Source of the DNA: an uncultured Acidobacteriota bacterium
Lineage (GTDB): Bacteria; Acidobacteriota; Thermoanaerobaculia; Gp7-AA8
Length of the DNA stretch: 64,000 nt
Direction of reading: 5' to 3'
Assembly: GCA_963822445.1 (NCBI GenBank)
Contig: CAWGHO010000003.1
Location: forward strand, 1,760,001-1,824,000
Shown here: one piece after another, positions 42,101 through 49,993 of the stretch
How positions within the stretch are numbered: position 1 is the stretch's first letter
How the letters are laid out: every line of letters starts with the position of its first letter
Position numbers and translations under genes: made by a program
The notes under the pieces: model-generated
What the model was told of the DNA's origin: nothing
Seen by the model: only the letters and a program-made list of their open reading frames with translations
Database searches by the model: none

Positions 42101-42903
42101 ATGACGGCGCGCCTGCGCTGAGCATCGACGACGTCACGCTCGCCGAAGGGAACGCCGGCACGACCAACTTCGTCTTCAACGTCACCCTCGCGCCGGCGAG
42201 CGGACAGACAGTCACCGTCGATTACACGACCAGCGGCGGCGACGCCACGGCCGGCAGCGACTACACGCCGACGTCCGGTACGCTCACGTTCACGCCCGGC
42301 GACACCAGCGAGACCATCACCGTAACGGTAGCCGGCGACACGAGCATCGAGCCGACCGAGACGTTCAACGTCGTGCTCTCGAATGCGCCGCTCGCTGCAA
42401 TCACGGACGCCACCGGTCAGGGCACGATCACCAACGACGACGTCGCGCCGGTCGCTGACCTGAGCCTGACCAAAGCCGTCGTCGGCAGCGGACCGTTCGT
42501 CGTCGGCCAGAACGCGACGTTCACGATCACGCTTTCGAATGCCGGTCCCGACGCGGCCGCGAATGCGACCGTCACCGACATCCTCCCCGCCGGAACGACG
42601 TTCGTCTCGGCGACGCCAACCAGCGGAACGTGCAACGGAACGACGACCGTGATCTGCAACGTGGGAACGCTCGCCAACGGCGCGAACGCGACTGTCACGC
42701 TGACTGTGCAACTCAACACGCCCGGGACCATCACCAACACGGCCACGGGCGCCTCCGAAGCCGGCGACCTCTCCCCCGCCCTCGGCACCGCCGCGATCAA
42801 CGTGACCGCCGCCGCCGAAGGCGTTGCCATTCCGACGCTTTCGCAGTGGATGCTGATTGCCCTCGCCGCAGCCCTGGCTTGTTTAGGAGTGCGGCGGCCC
42901 TAG
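39115..42903 (+). CDS. Large surface protein: CSLREA-type N-terminus, parallel beta-helix, choice-of-anchor-Q-like segment, 5 Calx-beta-like repeats, DUF11, IPTL-CTERM
   Basis: Signal peptide; CTLREAI; GG.I/N.T.SGN repeats; DPQLGPLQNNGGPT...DQRG...DMGAVE; TATSG.DF...E.F.V.L...ITDDD; ADLSLTK...NAGP; IPTLSQWMLIAL...RRP. Confidence 0.9.
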   Translation: MQKRKKIATGAALAMGAVLAPEAVEAAVITVNSTADTAAVDAQCTLREAITNANANAATEVDCAAGTGLDTIDFALTLPATITLSGTSLSIVDPLIIDGPGQTDLTIDANDASRIFEIADGDSGTSMTVEINDLTLANGNDATESFPGGGAILSAETLVITNVTFSGNDGAAGGAIYLYSPSNPNLTVTGSTFTGNTSAADGGAILAVGGDVTITGSTLTLNTALCCGGAIKKIEGAFTLTDSTVTGNSATIGGGIALYYTDTTTITNSTISGNEALLSGGGLYFYGPAGLVTIEDSVISANEAAYGGGVWLSYAGESPVVIRDTEISGNTATDSAGGLYLYDVDDVTLERVRLINNTADAYDGGGALWDAKVTIIESQISGNQAPIVGGLYVAYGSYLYLINSTVANNTASTGSVGGLGINFSFAAIDVSTISGNSAPAGAAGNIFSYGSGLYITNSIVANGIALAGPDLVTATSTVEINYSLIEDTAGASFTGSNNITGVDPQLGPLQNNGGPTETVKPAPASPVVNAGDPLYTTPPNDQRGFPRPVGIVDMGAVELSPGVLDISAANAVGEGAGFITITVTRTGGSDGAASVNYTTNSGTATSGADFTATAGTLNWADGDAAPKSFNVNITDDLIFEGNEQFTVTLSGATVATLGADTALITITDNDAAPTISINDTGNTEGSNVVFNVTLSNPTTQTVTVDFATAGVTAASGVDFTANSGTITFNPLVTSQPITIVTTQDAIDEPNETFNVVLTNPNANATIFDGTGVGTITDDDPTPTISINDAGQTEGTNIVFQVTLSGASSETITVDFATAAVTATSGTDFTANSGTITFTPGDTSEQITVVTAQDAVDEANETFNVNLTNPSAGATILDGTGVGTIGDDDPSPTISIGDSGALEGANVVFNVTLSAPTEQVVTVDFATAGNTATSGVDFTPNSGTLTFNPLVTSQQITVATSPDGFDEPNETFNVVLTNPNANAVLLDDTAIGTITDDDGAPALSIDDVTLAEGNAGTTNFVFNVTLAPASGQTVTVDYTTSGGDATAGSDYTPTSGTLTFTPGDTSETITVTVAGDTSIEPTETFNVVLSNAPLAAITDATGQGTITNDDVAPVADLSLTKAVVGSGPFVVGQNATFTITLSNAGPDAAANATVTDILPAGTTFVSATPTSGTCNGTTTVICNVGTLANGANATVTLTVQLNTPGTITNTATGASEAGDLSPALGTAAINVTAAAEGVAIPTLSQWMLIALAAALACLGVRRP

Positions 42904-42955
42904 CCGCCGCTTTGCGATCCCTTCGCAAAGCGGCGGCTCTGCCGCCGCACTCCTA
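42884..42955. repeat. REP-like nested palindrome (GGAGTGCGGC family)
   Basis: TAGGAGTGCGGCGGCCCTAGCCGCCGCTTTGCGA...TCGCAAAGCGGCGGCTCTGCCGCCGCACTCCTA. Confidence 0.9.
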
Positions 42956-42965
42956 TACTTTCCCT

Positions 42966-44012
42966 ATGAAGCTTCTCTGCGCACTTCTCCTCACGTTCCC
43001 GCTCGCCGCCCAACTCCGCCCCGTCAACACCTACTCGATCGTCGCCCGCGATCCGGCGAACGGCCAGATCGGCGTGGCCGTGCAATCGCACTGGTTCGCG
43101 GTCGGGCAGATCGTTCCCTGGGCGGAAGCCGGAGTCGGTGCGGTTGCGACGCAGAGCTTCGTCGATCCGTCGTACGGCAAGCTCGGACTCGATCTCCTCC
43201 GCGCCGGCAAGAGCGCACCTGACTCCTTGCGAGCGCTCCTCGGCGGCGACGCCGCCTGTGAAGTGCGCCAGGTCGCATTCGTCGACGCATCCGGCAACGT
43301 GGCCACGTTCACCGGCGCGCGGGACATCGTCGCCGCGGGCGGAATCGCATCGCAGGCCTCATCGACCCAGGAAACGAAATGCGGCACTCACGGCGGAACG
43401 CTGAGCATTGGCAAAGACTTCGCCGTGCAGGCCAATCTCATGGAGAACGACAAAGTCTGGCCGGCCATGGCCAGGGCTTACTCCGAATCGAAAGGCGATC
43501 TCGCCGAGCGCATGCTCGCCGCGCTCGATGCCGCGCAGGCCGTCGGCGGCGACATCCGCGGCAAGCAGTCCGCGGCGCTGGTCGTCGTCGGTGCGAAATC
43601 GACCGGACGCTCCTGGCAGGATCGTGTCTTCGACCTTCGCGTCGACGACGCTCCCGATCCACTCGCCGAGCTCCGCCGCCTCGTCGCGTTGCAGCGCGCC
43701 TACAACCACATGAACGCCGGCGATCTCGCCGTCGAGCACAAGGACCATCAATCTGCGTTGCGCGAGTACAGCGCGGCCGAGACCATCGCCTCGACCACGC
43801 CCGGCATTCCCCAGAGCCGCCTCGCCGAGATGACCTACTGGCACGCGGTGTCGCTGGTGAACATGGGCCGCGCGGACGAAGCGCTGCCTCTCTTCGCGCG
43901 GGTCTTCAAGCTCGAGCCCGCGTGGCGCGAACTGACCCCGCGCCTGGTGAAGTCCGGCCTGCTACCCGACGACGCCAAGCTCACTGAGCGCATCGTCAAG
44001 GTCAAGCCCTGA
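42966..44012 (+). CDS. DUF1028 (Ntn-hydrolase-like) secreted protein with C-terminal TPR
   Basis: TYSIVARD...GVAVQS...GAVATQ...GGDIRGKQSAAL...DLRVDD..DPL.EL. Confidence 0.88.
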   Translation: MKLLCALLLTFPLAAQLRPVNTYSIVARDPANGQIGVAVQSHWFAVGQIVPWAEAGVGAVATQSFVDPSYGKLGLDLLRAGKSAPDSLRALLGGDAACEVRQVAFVDASGNVATFTGARDIVAAGGIASQASSTQETKCGTHGGTLSIGKDFAVQANLMENDKVWPAMARAYSESKGDLAERMLAALDAAQAVGGDIRGKQSAALVVVGAKSTGRSWQDRVFDLRVDDAPDPLAELRRLVALQRAYNHMNAGDLAVEHKDHQSALREYSAAETIASTTPGIPQSRLAEMTYWHAVSLVNMGRADEALPLFARVFKLEPAWRELTPRLVKSGLLPDDAKLTERIVKVKP

Positions 44013-44289
44013 AGGTTTCCATCCCCTTCAGCACGAGCAGCGTGTTTCGGCGGTCCCATGCGCCGAGGGCGACCATGCCGATGATGACGATGGTGTAGGT
44101 GGCGATCGTCGAGAGAAAGAGCAGCACGTGCAGCCGCTGCGAGAAATCGGCGAGCAGCAGAAACGCCACGAGGAAGGCCAGCTCGATCAGCGCTGCCCCG
44201 AAGAACGCCAGTTTGTAGTGGCGCTCCGCGCGGTCGATGCGCTCGAGAGTGGAACGGCGGATCGTGTCGAGATCGGGATTCGTGTTCAT
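44002..44289 (-). CDS. Small 2-TM membrane protein, candidate anti-sigma factor
   Basis: RBS AAGGAG; two hydrophobic helices; third gene of the ECF operon. Confidence 0.7.
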   Translation of the reverse strand: MNTNPDLDTIRRSTLERIDRAERHYKLAFFGAALIELAFLVAFLLLADFSQRLHVLLFLSTIATYTIVIIGMVALGAWDRRNTLLVLKGMETFRA

Positions 44290-44299
44290 GGTTCTCCTT

Positions 44300-44407
44300 T
44301 CACTTCCTGCACGCCAGGTAGATCACCAGAGGAATGAGCACGAGGGCCTCGATGACGACGTACGCCCAGACCATGGCCTTCTCGCTCATTCCTTTTTGTT
44401 CGCTCAT
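44300..44407 (-). CDS. 35-aa single-TM peptide
   Basis: MSEQKGMSEKAMVWAYVVIEALVLIPLVIYLACRK; ATGA overlap with the sigma factor stop. Confidence 0.55.
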   Translation of the reverse strand: MSEQKGMSEKAMVWAYVVIEALVLIPLVIYLACRK

Positions 44408-44913
44408 GACGGTTTGATCGCCGCGCGCAGGCAACGCAGGCCGTACGCGAGACGCGATTTGACGGTTCCGATGCTGATGCCGAGGACTTCGGCGATGTCG
44501 CTGAGGGTCATCGATTGCGTGTAATGCAGCGTGAGCACGGCCCGGCTCGCCGGTGAGAGCGCGTCGATGTGTGCCGGAAGCGCTTCGAGCAGAGGCTCGT
44601 GCTCGTCCGGGACGACTTCGGCGGGTAGATCGGGCGGCAACGGCTCTTCGTGCAATCGCCGCGTCTTCTTCAGCTTCCTGAATGCGGCCCGCGACGCGAT
44701 GCGAAACGCCCACGGCTCGAACAGCGCCGGATCGCGCAGCCAGTCGAGCTTGCGGTAGATCGTGAACAGCACCTCCTGCAGCACATCCTCGGCGAGCGTC
44801 GCGTCGCCGAGGACCGCGCGGAGGTAGCGGAACAGCGGGCCCTGCATGCGGGTGAGGAGCGCGTCGAGCGCCTCCCGATCACCTGCCTGAGCCTTCAGAA
44901 CGAGCCATTGCAT
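44404..44913 (-). CDS. ECF RNA polymerase sigma factor
   Basis: AEDVLQEV, F.PW.FRIA, IAEVLGISIGTVKSRL. Confidence 0.92.
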   Translation of the reverse strand: MQWLVLKAQAGDREALDALLTRMQGPLFRYLRAVLGDATLAEDVLQEVLFTIYRKLDWLRDPALFEPWAFRIASRAAFRKLKKTRRLHEEPLPPDLPAEVVPDEHEPLLEALPAHIDALSPASRAVLTLHYTQSMTLSDIAEVLGISIGTVKSRLAYGLRCLRAAIKPS

Positions 44914-44916
44914 AGT

Positions 44917-44973
44917 TGGAGTGCGGCGACTCTGTCGCCGCTTTCAAAGCGGTGGCAGAGCCACCGCACTCCA
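44917..44973. repeat. REP-like nested palindrome (GGAGTGCGGC family)
   Basis: TGGAGTGCGGCGACTCTGTCGCCGCTTT-C-AAAGCGGTGGCAGAGCCACCGCACTCCA. Confidence 0.9.
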
Positions 44974-44994
44974 TTAGAGCCAGGAAGTAGCCAG

Positions 44995-46785
44995 GTGTTC
45001 GAATTGTTTTTGCGGCCGGTGCTACTCCTCGCCGCGTTCCTCGCCCTCGCCCAGGACGTCTTCGTGCCGCCCGTGCCCATCGGCGTCGCGCGCGAGGGCA
45101 AGGTCCGCACGGTCAAGCAGCCCATCCCCTTTCCGAAAGAGTCGCAGAAGTGGATCCGCGTCCGGACGCCGCGCTTCGACGTCCTCAGCAACGCTGACGA
45201 GGCTCGCACGCGCGACATTGCCGGCGACCTCGAATCGCTCGCCGCCGCGCTGGTCGAAGCGGCGCCACGGTTCGAGAACGCCCGCGTGCCGGCGACGGTG
45301 TTCGTCTTCGCCGATCGCGGCGAAAGCCAGCCGTACTTCGATCTCCTGACCGGGATGGAAGGCACGAACGTGTCCGGCCTTTACGTCCGGCACAGCGGCG
45401 GCGGAACGATGTTCATCGACGGCTCCCGGCGCCATTTCGAGCGCACGGCCACACATGAGCTGGTGCACGACCTCTTGCGACAGGGTGACGTCGTACCGCC
45501 GCTCTGGCTCGAAGAAGGGCTGGCCGAGTATGTCGCCAACGCGCAGGTCACGAAGAAAGGCGTGGCGGCCGGTCTGCCGATCGTTGCGCACGCGAAGATT
45601 CTCGAGTCGAAACCGAAGCGGACGATCGAGCAGATGCTGGAGATGAAAAACGAATCGCCCGAATCGGCATCGTCGTACTTTTACGCGCAGAGCTGGGCGG
45701 CCGTGCACTGGCTGATGAAGACCAATGCGAAAGCGTTCTGGCCCTTCCTGCGCGATCTCGAGCGAGACACGCCCGCCGTGGACGCGCTGAAGGCGCACTA
45801 CCACCAGTCGCTGGAGGATTTGAATCGCGGTCTTCACGCGAACGTTCGCCGCAGCGCACCGGTCGATCTCGCCGGCCATGCGCCGGCCGTCACGACCGAT
45901 GTCGCGACCATCGATCGCGCCACGGTTCTGTACGAGCTCGGCGCCTTCCTTGGACACGTCGCCGGCGCCGAGACGGAATCGGACCGCCACTATCGCGAGG
46001 CGCTGCGGATCGAGCCGAAGCACGCTCGCACGCTCGCCGCAATCGGCGACTTCGAAGCGGCGCTCGCCGCCGATCCGCGCGACGCCGAGATTCCGCTGAA
46101 ATACGCCGAAGTCCTCCTCGGCCCCGCCATCGGCGATTTCGCCGGCGTATTCGAGCCCGCCGATCCCGAGCGCTTCCGCAAGGCCCGCGAGATGGCCCTG
46201 CGCGCGCTGAGCCTCGGCGCGAGCGAAGCTCGCGCTCGCGGCGCGCTCGGCATCAGCTACCTCGCCGACGACGATTTCGCCTCCGGAATCACGGCGCTCG
46301 AACGTGCGCGTGCGCTCGCGCCCTGGCGGATGGACTACGCCATCCACCTCTACTCGATGTACCTCCAGACCGGCGAGCGCGCGAAAGCCGACGCGCTCTT
46401 CGCGGCCGCGTTCGAGAACGCGCGCGATAAGCAGGTGGCCTTCGCCGCGCGCAACGTGCTGCTGGATGCGGAAACGAATCGCGCGAACGCGCTTGCGCAG
46501 GAGGGGAAGCTGGAAGAGGCCGCGGCGCTCGTTCGGCAAATCGCCGCAACGATCCCCGATGTAAACGCGCGCGGCGACCTCGAGCGTCAGGCCGCGGAGA
46601 TCGAGTCGCTGGTGCTCGTGAACCAGCACATCGGCTTGTACAACGAGGCGGTGACCCACTCGAACGCCGGCCGGAAGAAAGCCGCGCTGAAGATTCTCGA
46701 TGATCTGATGAAGGTCGTTACCGACGCGAGAGTAAAGCGCGACGCCGAGAAACTGCGGCGCGAATTGCGAGGGCAGAAGCCTTAG
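44995..46785 (+). CDS. Secreted gluzincin-like (DUF1570/peptidase MA-like) protein with TPRs; start approximate
   Basis: HELVH...PLWLEEGLAEY, FYAQSWA.VH; TPRs. Confidence 0.78.
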   Translation: MFELFLRPVLLLAAFLALAQDVFVPPVPIGVAREGKVRTVKQPIPFPKESQKWIRVRTPRFDVLSNADEARTRDIAGDLESLAAALVEAAPRFENARVPATVFVFADRGESQPYFDLLTGMEGTNVSGLYVRHSGGGTMFIDGSRRHFERTATHELVHDLLRQGDVVPPLWLEEGLAEYVANAQVTKKGVAAGLPIVAHAKILESKPKRTIEQMLEMKNESPESASSYFYAQSWAAVHWLMKTNAKAFWPFLRDLERDTPAVDALKAHYHQSLEDLNRGLHANVRRSAPVDLAGHAPAVTTDVATIDRATVLYELGAFLGHVAGAETESDRHYREALRIEPKHARTLAAIGDFEAALAADPRDAEIPLKYAEVLLGPAIGDFAGVFEPADPERFRKAREMALRALSLGASEARARGALGISYLADDDFASGITALERARALAPWRMDYAIHLYSMYLQTGERAKADALFAAAFENARDKQVAFAARNVLLDAETNRANALAQEGKLEEAAALVRQIAATIPDVNARGDLERQAAEIESLVLVNQHIGLYNEAVTHSNAGRKKAALKILDDLMKVVTDARVKRDAEKLRRELRGQKP

Positions 46786-46806
46786 GCTATTTTGCCGAAG
46801 CCCACC

Positions 46807-47889
46807 ATGCGTCCCTGCGAAATCCATCGTCTCCATCTCGTCACCTACGAAAACGGGATGAAGCTCCAGCAGAAACTGGTCGAGCTGCGGCAGCGCGAGG
46901 AGATCGCCGATCAACTGCTCCTCCTCGAACATCCACCAGTGATCACCCTCGGCCGCGGCGGCGACACCACCAACCTGCTCGCGCCACCCCACGTCCTCGC
47001 CGAGCAGCGCGTGCGCTTCTTCGAGACCACCCGCGGCGGCGACATCACCTACCACGGCCCCGGCCAGATCGTCGGCTACCCCATCCTCCACCTCGGCGAA
47101 GGCAACCGCGACGTCCGCAAGTACGTCACCAAACTCGAGGAAGTGCTCATCCGCACCGTCGCCGAATACGGCATCACCGCGGAGCGCTTCGAAGGCAAGC
47201 GCGGGATCTGGGTCGGCTCGAACAAGATCGCCGCGATCGGCGTCCGCATCGCGCGCTGGGTCACGTCCCATGGCTGGGCGCTCAACGTCAGCACGAACCT
47301 CGATCACTTCCGTCTGATCACCCCCTGCGGCATCCGCGGCATGGGCGTCACCTCGATCGAACGGGAGATCGGCCGCCCCGTTCCTCTCGACGAAGTGCGC
47401 GAGACTCTCGCGGCGAAGTTCGCAGAGATCTTCGAGCGCGAGCTAGTGGCGCGTCCCGAAACGATCCGCCTGGTGAAGGTGCTCGTGCACGATGGCGATC
47501 GCGTGCTGCTCCTGCATCGCCGCGCCGAGCGGGGAAACTTCTGGCAACCCATCACCGGCTCGATCGAGGAAGGCGAGCTGCCGGTGGAGACCGCACGGCG
47601 GGAGCTGATCGAAGAGACCGGTCATCCCGGCGATCCGCGCGCTCTGGATCTTCGCCAGTCGTTCCTCATCGAGTCCGCGTACCTCTCCGCGAAGTATTCA
47701 GGGCCGATCATCGCCAGCGAAGTCGGCTTCGCGGCGACGCTCGACTCCAGCCTGCCGATCGCGCTCGATGAGCAGGAACACGATGGGCATGGCTGGTTCA
47801 CGTTTGCCGAGGCTTATGAAAAGATCCGGTGGACCGACGATCGGGAGGCTTTGGAACGGTTGGAAGCCTCGCTGCCGGTGACCGCATGA
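46807..47889 (+). CDS. lipB: Octanoyltransferase LipB fused to a C-terminal Nudix hydrolase
   Basis: LEHPPVITLGR, RGGDITYHGPGQ, KIAAIG, HGWALN, PCG; Nudix box GSIEEGELPVETARRELIEETG. Confidence 0.92.
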   Translation: MRPCEIHRLHLVTYENGMKLQQKLVELRQREEIADQLLLLEHPPVITLGRGGDTTNLLAPPHVLAEQRVRFFETTRGGDITYHGPGQIVGYPILHLGEGNRDVRKYVTKLEEVLIRTVAEYGITAERFEGKRGIWVGSNKIAAIGVRIARWVTSHGWALNVSTNLDHFRLITPCGIRGMGVTSIEREIGRPVPLDEVRETLAAKFAEIFERELVARPETIRLVKVLVHDGDRVLLLHRRAERGNFWQPITGSIEEGELPVETARRELIEETGHPGDPRALDLRQSFLIESAYLSAKYSGPIIASEVGFAATLDSSLPIALDEQEHDGHGWFTFAEAYEKIRWTDDREALERLEASLPVTA

Positions 47890-48788
47890 CCCCCATCAAT
47901 AAACGAGCTGGCGTCCGCCCGGAGTGGCTGAAGATCCGCGTGCCGGGCGACCTCGCTTCGCTCCCCGTGTCGCAGCTCATGAACGACCTGCGGCTGAACA
48001 CTGTCTGCCAGGAAGCGCGCTGCCCGAACATCTTCGAATGCTGGACCGCGGGCACCGCGACGTTCATGGTCCTCGGCGAGATCTGCACGCGGCGCTGCAC
48101 CTTCTGCGCGGTCGGCCGCGGCGAGCCGCTCGTTGCCGATGGCGACGAGCCGCGGCGCGTGGCCGAAGCGGTTGCGGCGATGGGCGTCAAACACGCGGTC
48201 ATCACCATGGTCAATCGCGACGACATGGCGGACGGCGGCGCGGAGCATGTCGCGGAGACTGTTCGCTCCGTGCGCGATCGCACGGGAGCTGCGGTGGAAG
48301 TGCTGATCTCCGACCTCGAAGGAAACCGCGACGCGTTGCGCACCGTGATGGCTTCGCAGCCGGAAGTGCTCGCGCACAATGTCGAGACCGTGCCGCGGCT
48401 CTACGCGCAAGTGCGTCCCGTCGCGAAGTACCAGCGCTCGATCGAACTGCTCCGCTGGGCTCACGAAGAACGCGCCGAGGGAATGCTCACCAAGTCCAGC
48501 ATCATGCTCGGCCTCGGCGAAACGGAAGAGGAGATCCTCGCCGTCGCCCGCGATCTCCGCGAAGCCGGGGTGGACATCTTCACCATGGGCCAATACCTCG
48601 CCCCGAGCGAGAAAAATCACCCCGTCCGCCGCTACTACACCCCCGACGAATTCGCGGAGCTCGGCCGCCAGGCCCGGGCCCTCGGCTTTCACCACGTGGA
48701 GAGCGCGCCGCTGGTGCGGAGCTCGTACATGGCGCACAGGGCAGTACGCGCGCCTGACGACGCGCTCGCAGTGGGCAGTGGGCAGTAG
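47886..48788 (+). CDS. lipA: Lipoyl synthase
   Basis: CQEARCPNIFEC, CTRRCTFC, HNVETV, GQYL.P, VRSSY. Confidence 0.96.
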   Translation: MTPINKRAGVRPEWLKIRVPGDLASLPVSQLMNDLRLNTVCQEARCPNIFECWTAGTATFMVLGEICTRRCTFCAVGRGEPLVADGDEPRRVAEAVAAMGVKHAVITMVNRDDMADGGAEHVAETVRSVRDRTGAAVEVLISDLEGNRDALRTVMASQPEVLAHNVETVPRLYAQVRPVAKYQRSIELLRWAHEERAEGMLTKSSIMLGLGETEEEILAVARDLREAGVDIFTMGQYLAPSEKNHPVRRYYTPDEFAELGRQARALGFHHVESAPLVRSSYMAHRAVRAPDDALAVGSGQ

Positions 48789-48870
48789 GCAGGCCCACCC
48801 GCCCGCGGGGAGAAGTGCAACGTGGTTGGGCGGTGGCCCACTGCCTACTGCCCACTGCCTGCTGCGAGCG
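48763..48870. repeat. Inverted pair of 7-bp tandem repeat arms overlapping the lipA stop
   Basis: (GCAGTRG)x3 ... (CYACTGC)x3, with outer CGCTCGCAG/CTGCGAGCG. Confidence 0.85.
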
Positions 48871-48908
48871 CCCGCAGGGCGCGTACTGACTGCTAGAATC
48901 CCGGCCCG

Positions 48909-49187
48909 ATGCCCCGAGTGACGTTCGCAGACGAAGGTAAATCGGGCGAATTTCCCTCGGGCAAGTCGCTCCTCTCCATCGCCGGAGAGCTCGGCGTTCG
49001 CGTCAGCCAGGTCTGCGGCGGCGACGGCGCGTGCGGGACTTGCAGGATCGAGGTCATCGAGGGCTGGGACTGCCTCACCCCCCCCACCCCCGACGAGACG
49101 TACAAAGAGCTCGATCCGCCCCACCGGCTGAGCTGTCAGGCGAAGTTGATGGGTGATGTAGTGATCAAAGTAGCGAAGATCGAATGA
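48909..49187 (+). CDS. 2Fe-2S ferredoxin
   Basis: CGGDGACGTC...RLSCQ. Confidence 0.92.
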   Translation: MPRVTFADEGKSGEFPSGKSLLSIAGELGVRVSQVCGGDGACGTCRIEVIEGWDCLTPPTPDETYKELDPPHRLSCQAKLMGDVVIKVAKIE

Positions 49188-49194
49188 GGTACGA

Positions 49195-49704
49195 ATGACA
49201 GCCGTCGAAACGACAACCAGCTCGCTCTCCGAACAGAACCTTGCCCTGTTCTTCCAGTACACCGTCGAGGCCTACAAGAGCTTCGAGAAACTGGCCGAGA
49301 ACCTCCCCAACCCCATGACCCAGCTCATGTTCAAGCAGTTCGCAGCCGACGAGCGCGGCAACCGCGACCTGATCGAGATGAAGGTCGCCGCCACCGGCCG
49401 CGGCCGCGTGCGGGTCACGCTCGGCGCGGACATGATCTTCAACGACATCCTCGAAGGCGAGCTCTCCTACCGCGCCGCGTCGGAGTTCCTCATCGCCCGC
49501 GAGCGGACCATGCAGAAGAAGCTGCGGGAGCTCCTCGCCACGGCCAGCCCGGCTGATCGCAACCTGCTCATCTACCTCGAGGCCGTCAAGCGCGCGCACA
49601 TCGTCGAGCTCGAGCGCGATCTCGAGCTGATCAAAGGCGACTCGGACTGGTGGAAGCGCGAGGACGCCGAGTGGCGGGTCGTGCACGGCGCCCGCGAATC
49701 ATGA
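49195..49704 (+). CDS. Ferritin/rubrerythrin-like four-helix bundle protein with degenerate ligands
   Basis: Two helical halves: LAE...MFKQFAADERGN and LIYLEAVKRAH. Confidence 0.6.
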   Translation: MTAVETTTSSLSEQNLALFFQYTVEAYKSFEKLAENLPNPMTQLMFKQFAADERGNRDLIEMKVAATGRGRVRVTLGADMIFNDILEGELSYRAASEFLIARERTMQKKLRELLATASPADRNLLIYLEAVKRAHIVELERDLELIKGDSDWWKREDAEWRVVHGARES

Positions 49705-49988
49705 ACCTCTCCCTCTCCCCCGAAGCGGCCTCGCACCTCGGCCACGATCTCGACGGCCGCATGCTCCGCATCGCCTTCACCACCGGCTGCGGCGGCTCGG
49801 GCTATCGGCTCAGCTACGCCACGGAACCGGTGGACGGTGATGAAGTCATTTCCGTCGACGGAGTGCAGGTCGCCCTCGACGCGATGTCCGCCTCGCGGCT
49901 CGAAGGGGCGGTGATCGAGTACAGCGAGGAAGAGGATGGCTATCTGCTCGATCACCCGGACGCGGTGACGGCTGTGTGGTGTGGCTAG
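49701..49988 (+). CDS. HesB/IscA-like A-type Fe-S carrier
   Basis: GCGGSGY.L, D.V...DGV.V.LD..S...LEG..I.Y, terminal P......WCG. Confidence 0.8.
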   Translation: MNLSLSPEAASHLGHDLDGRMLRIAFTTGCGGSGYRLSYATEPVDGDEVISVDGVQVALDAMSASRLEGAVIEYSEEEDGYLLDHPDAVTAVWCG

Positions 49989-49993
49989 GGCTC

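Noticed and set aside
41100-42440. DNA-level direct repeats of about 330 bp
   Set aside because: Explained by the tandem Calx-beta domains of the adhesin
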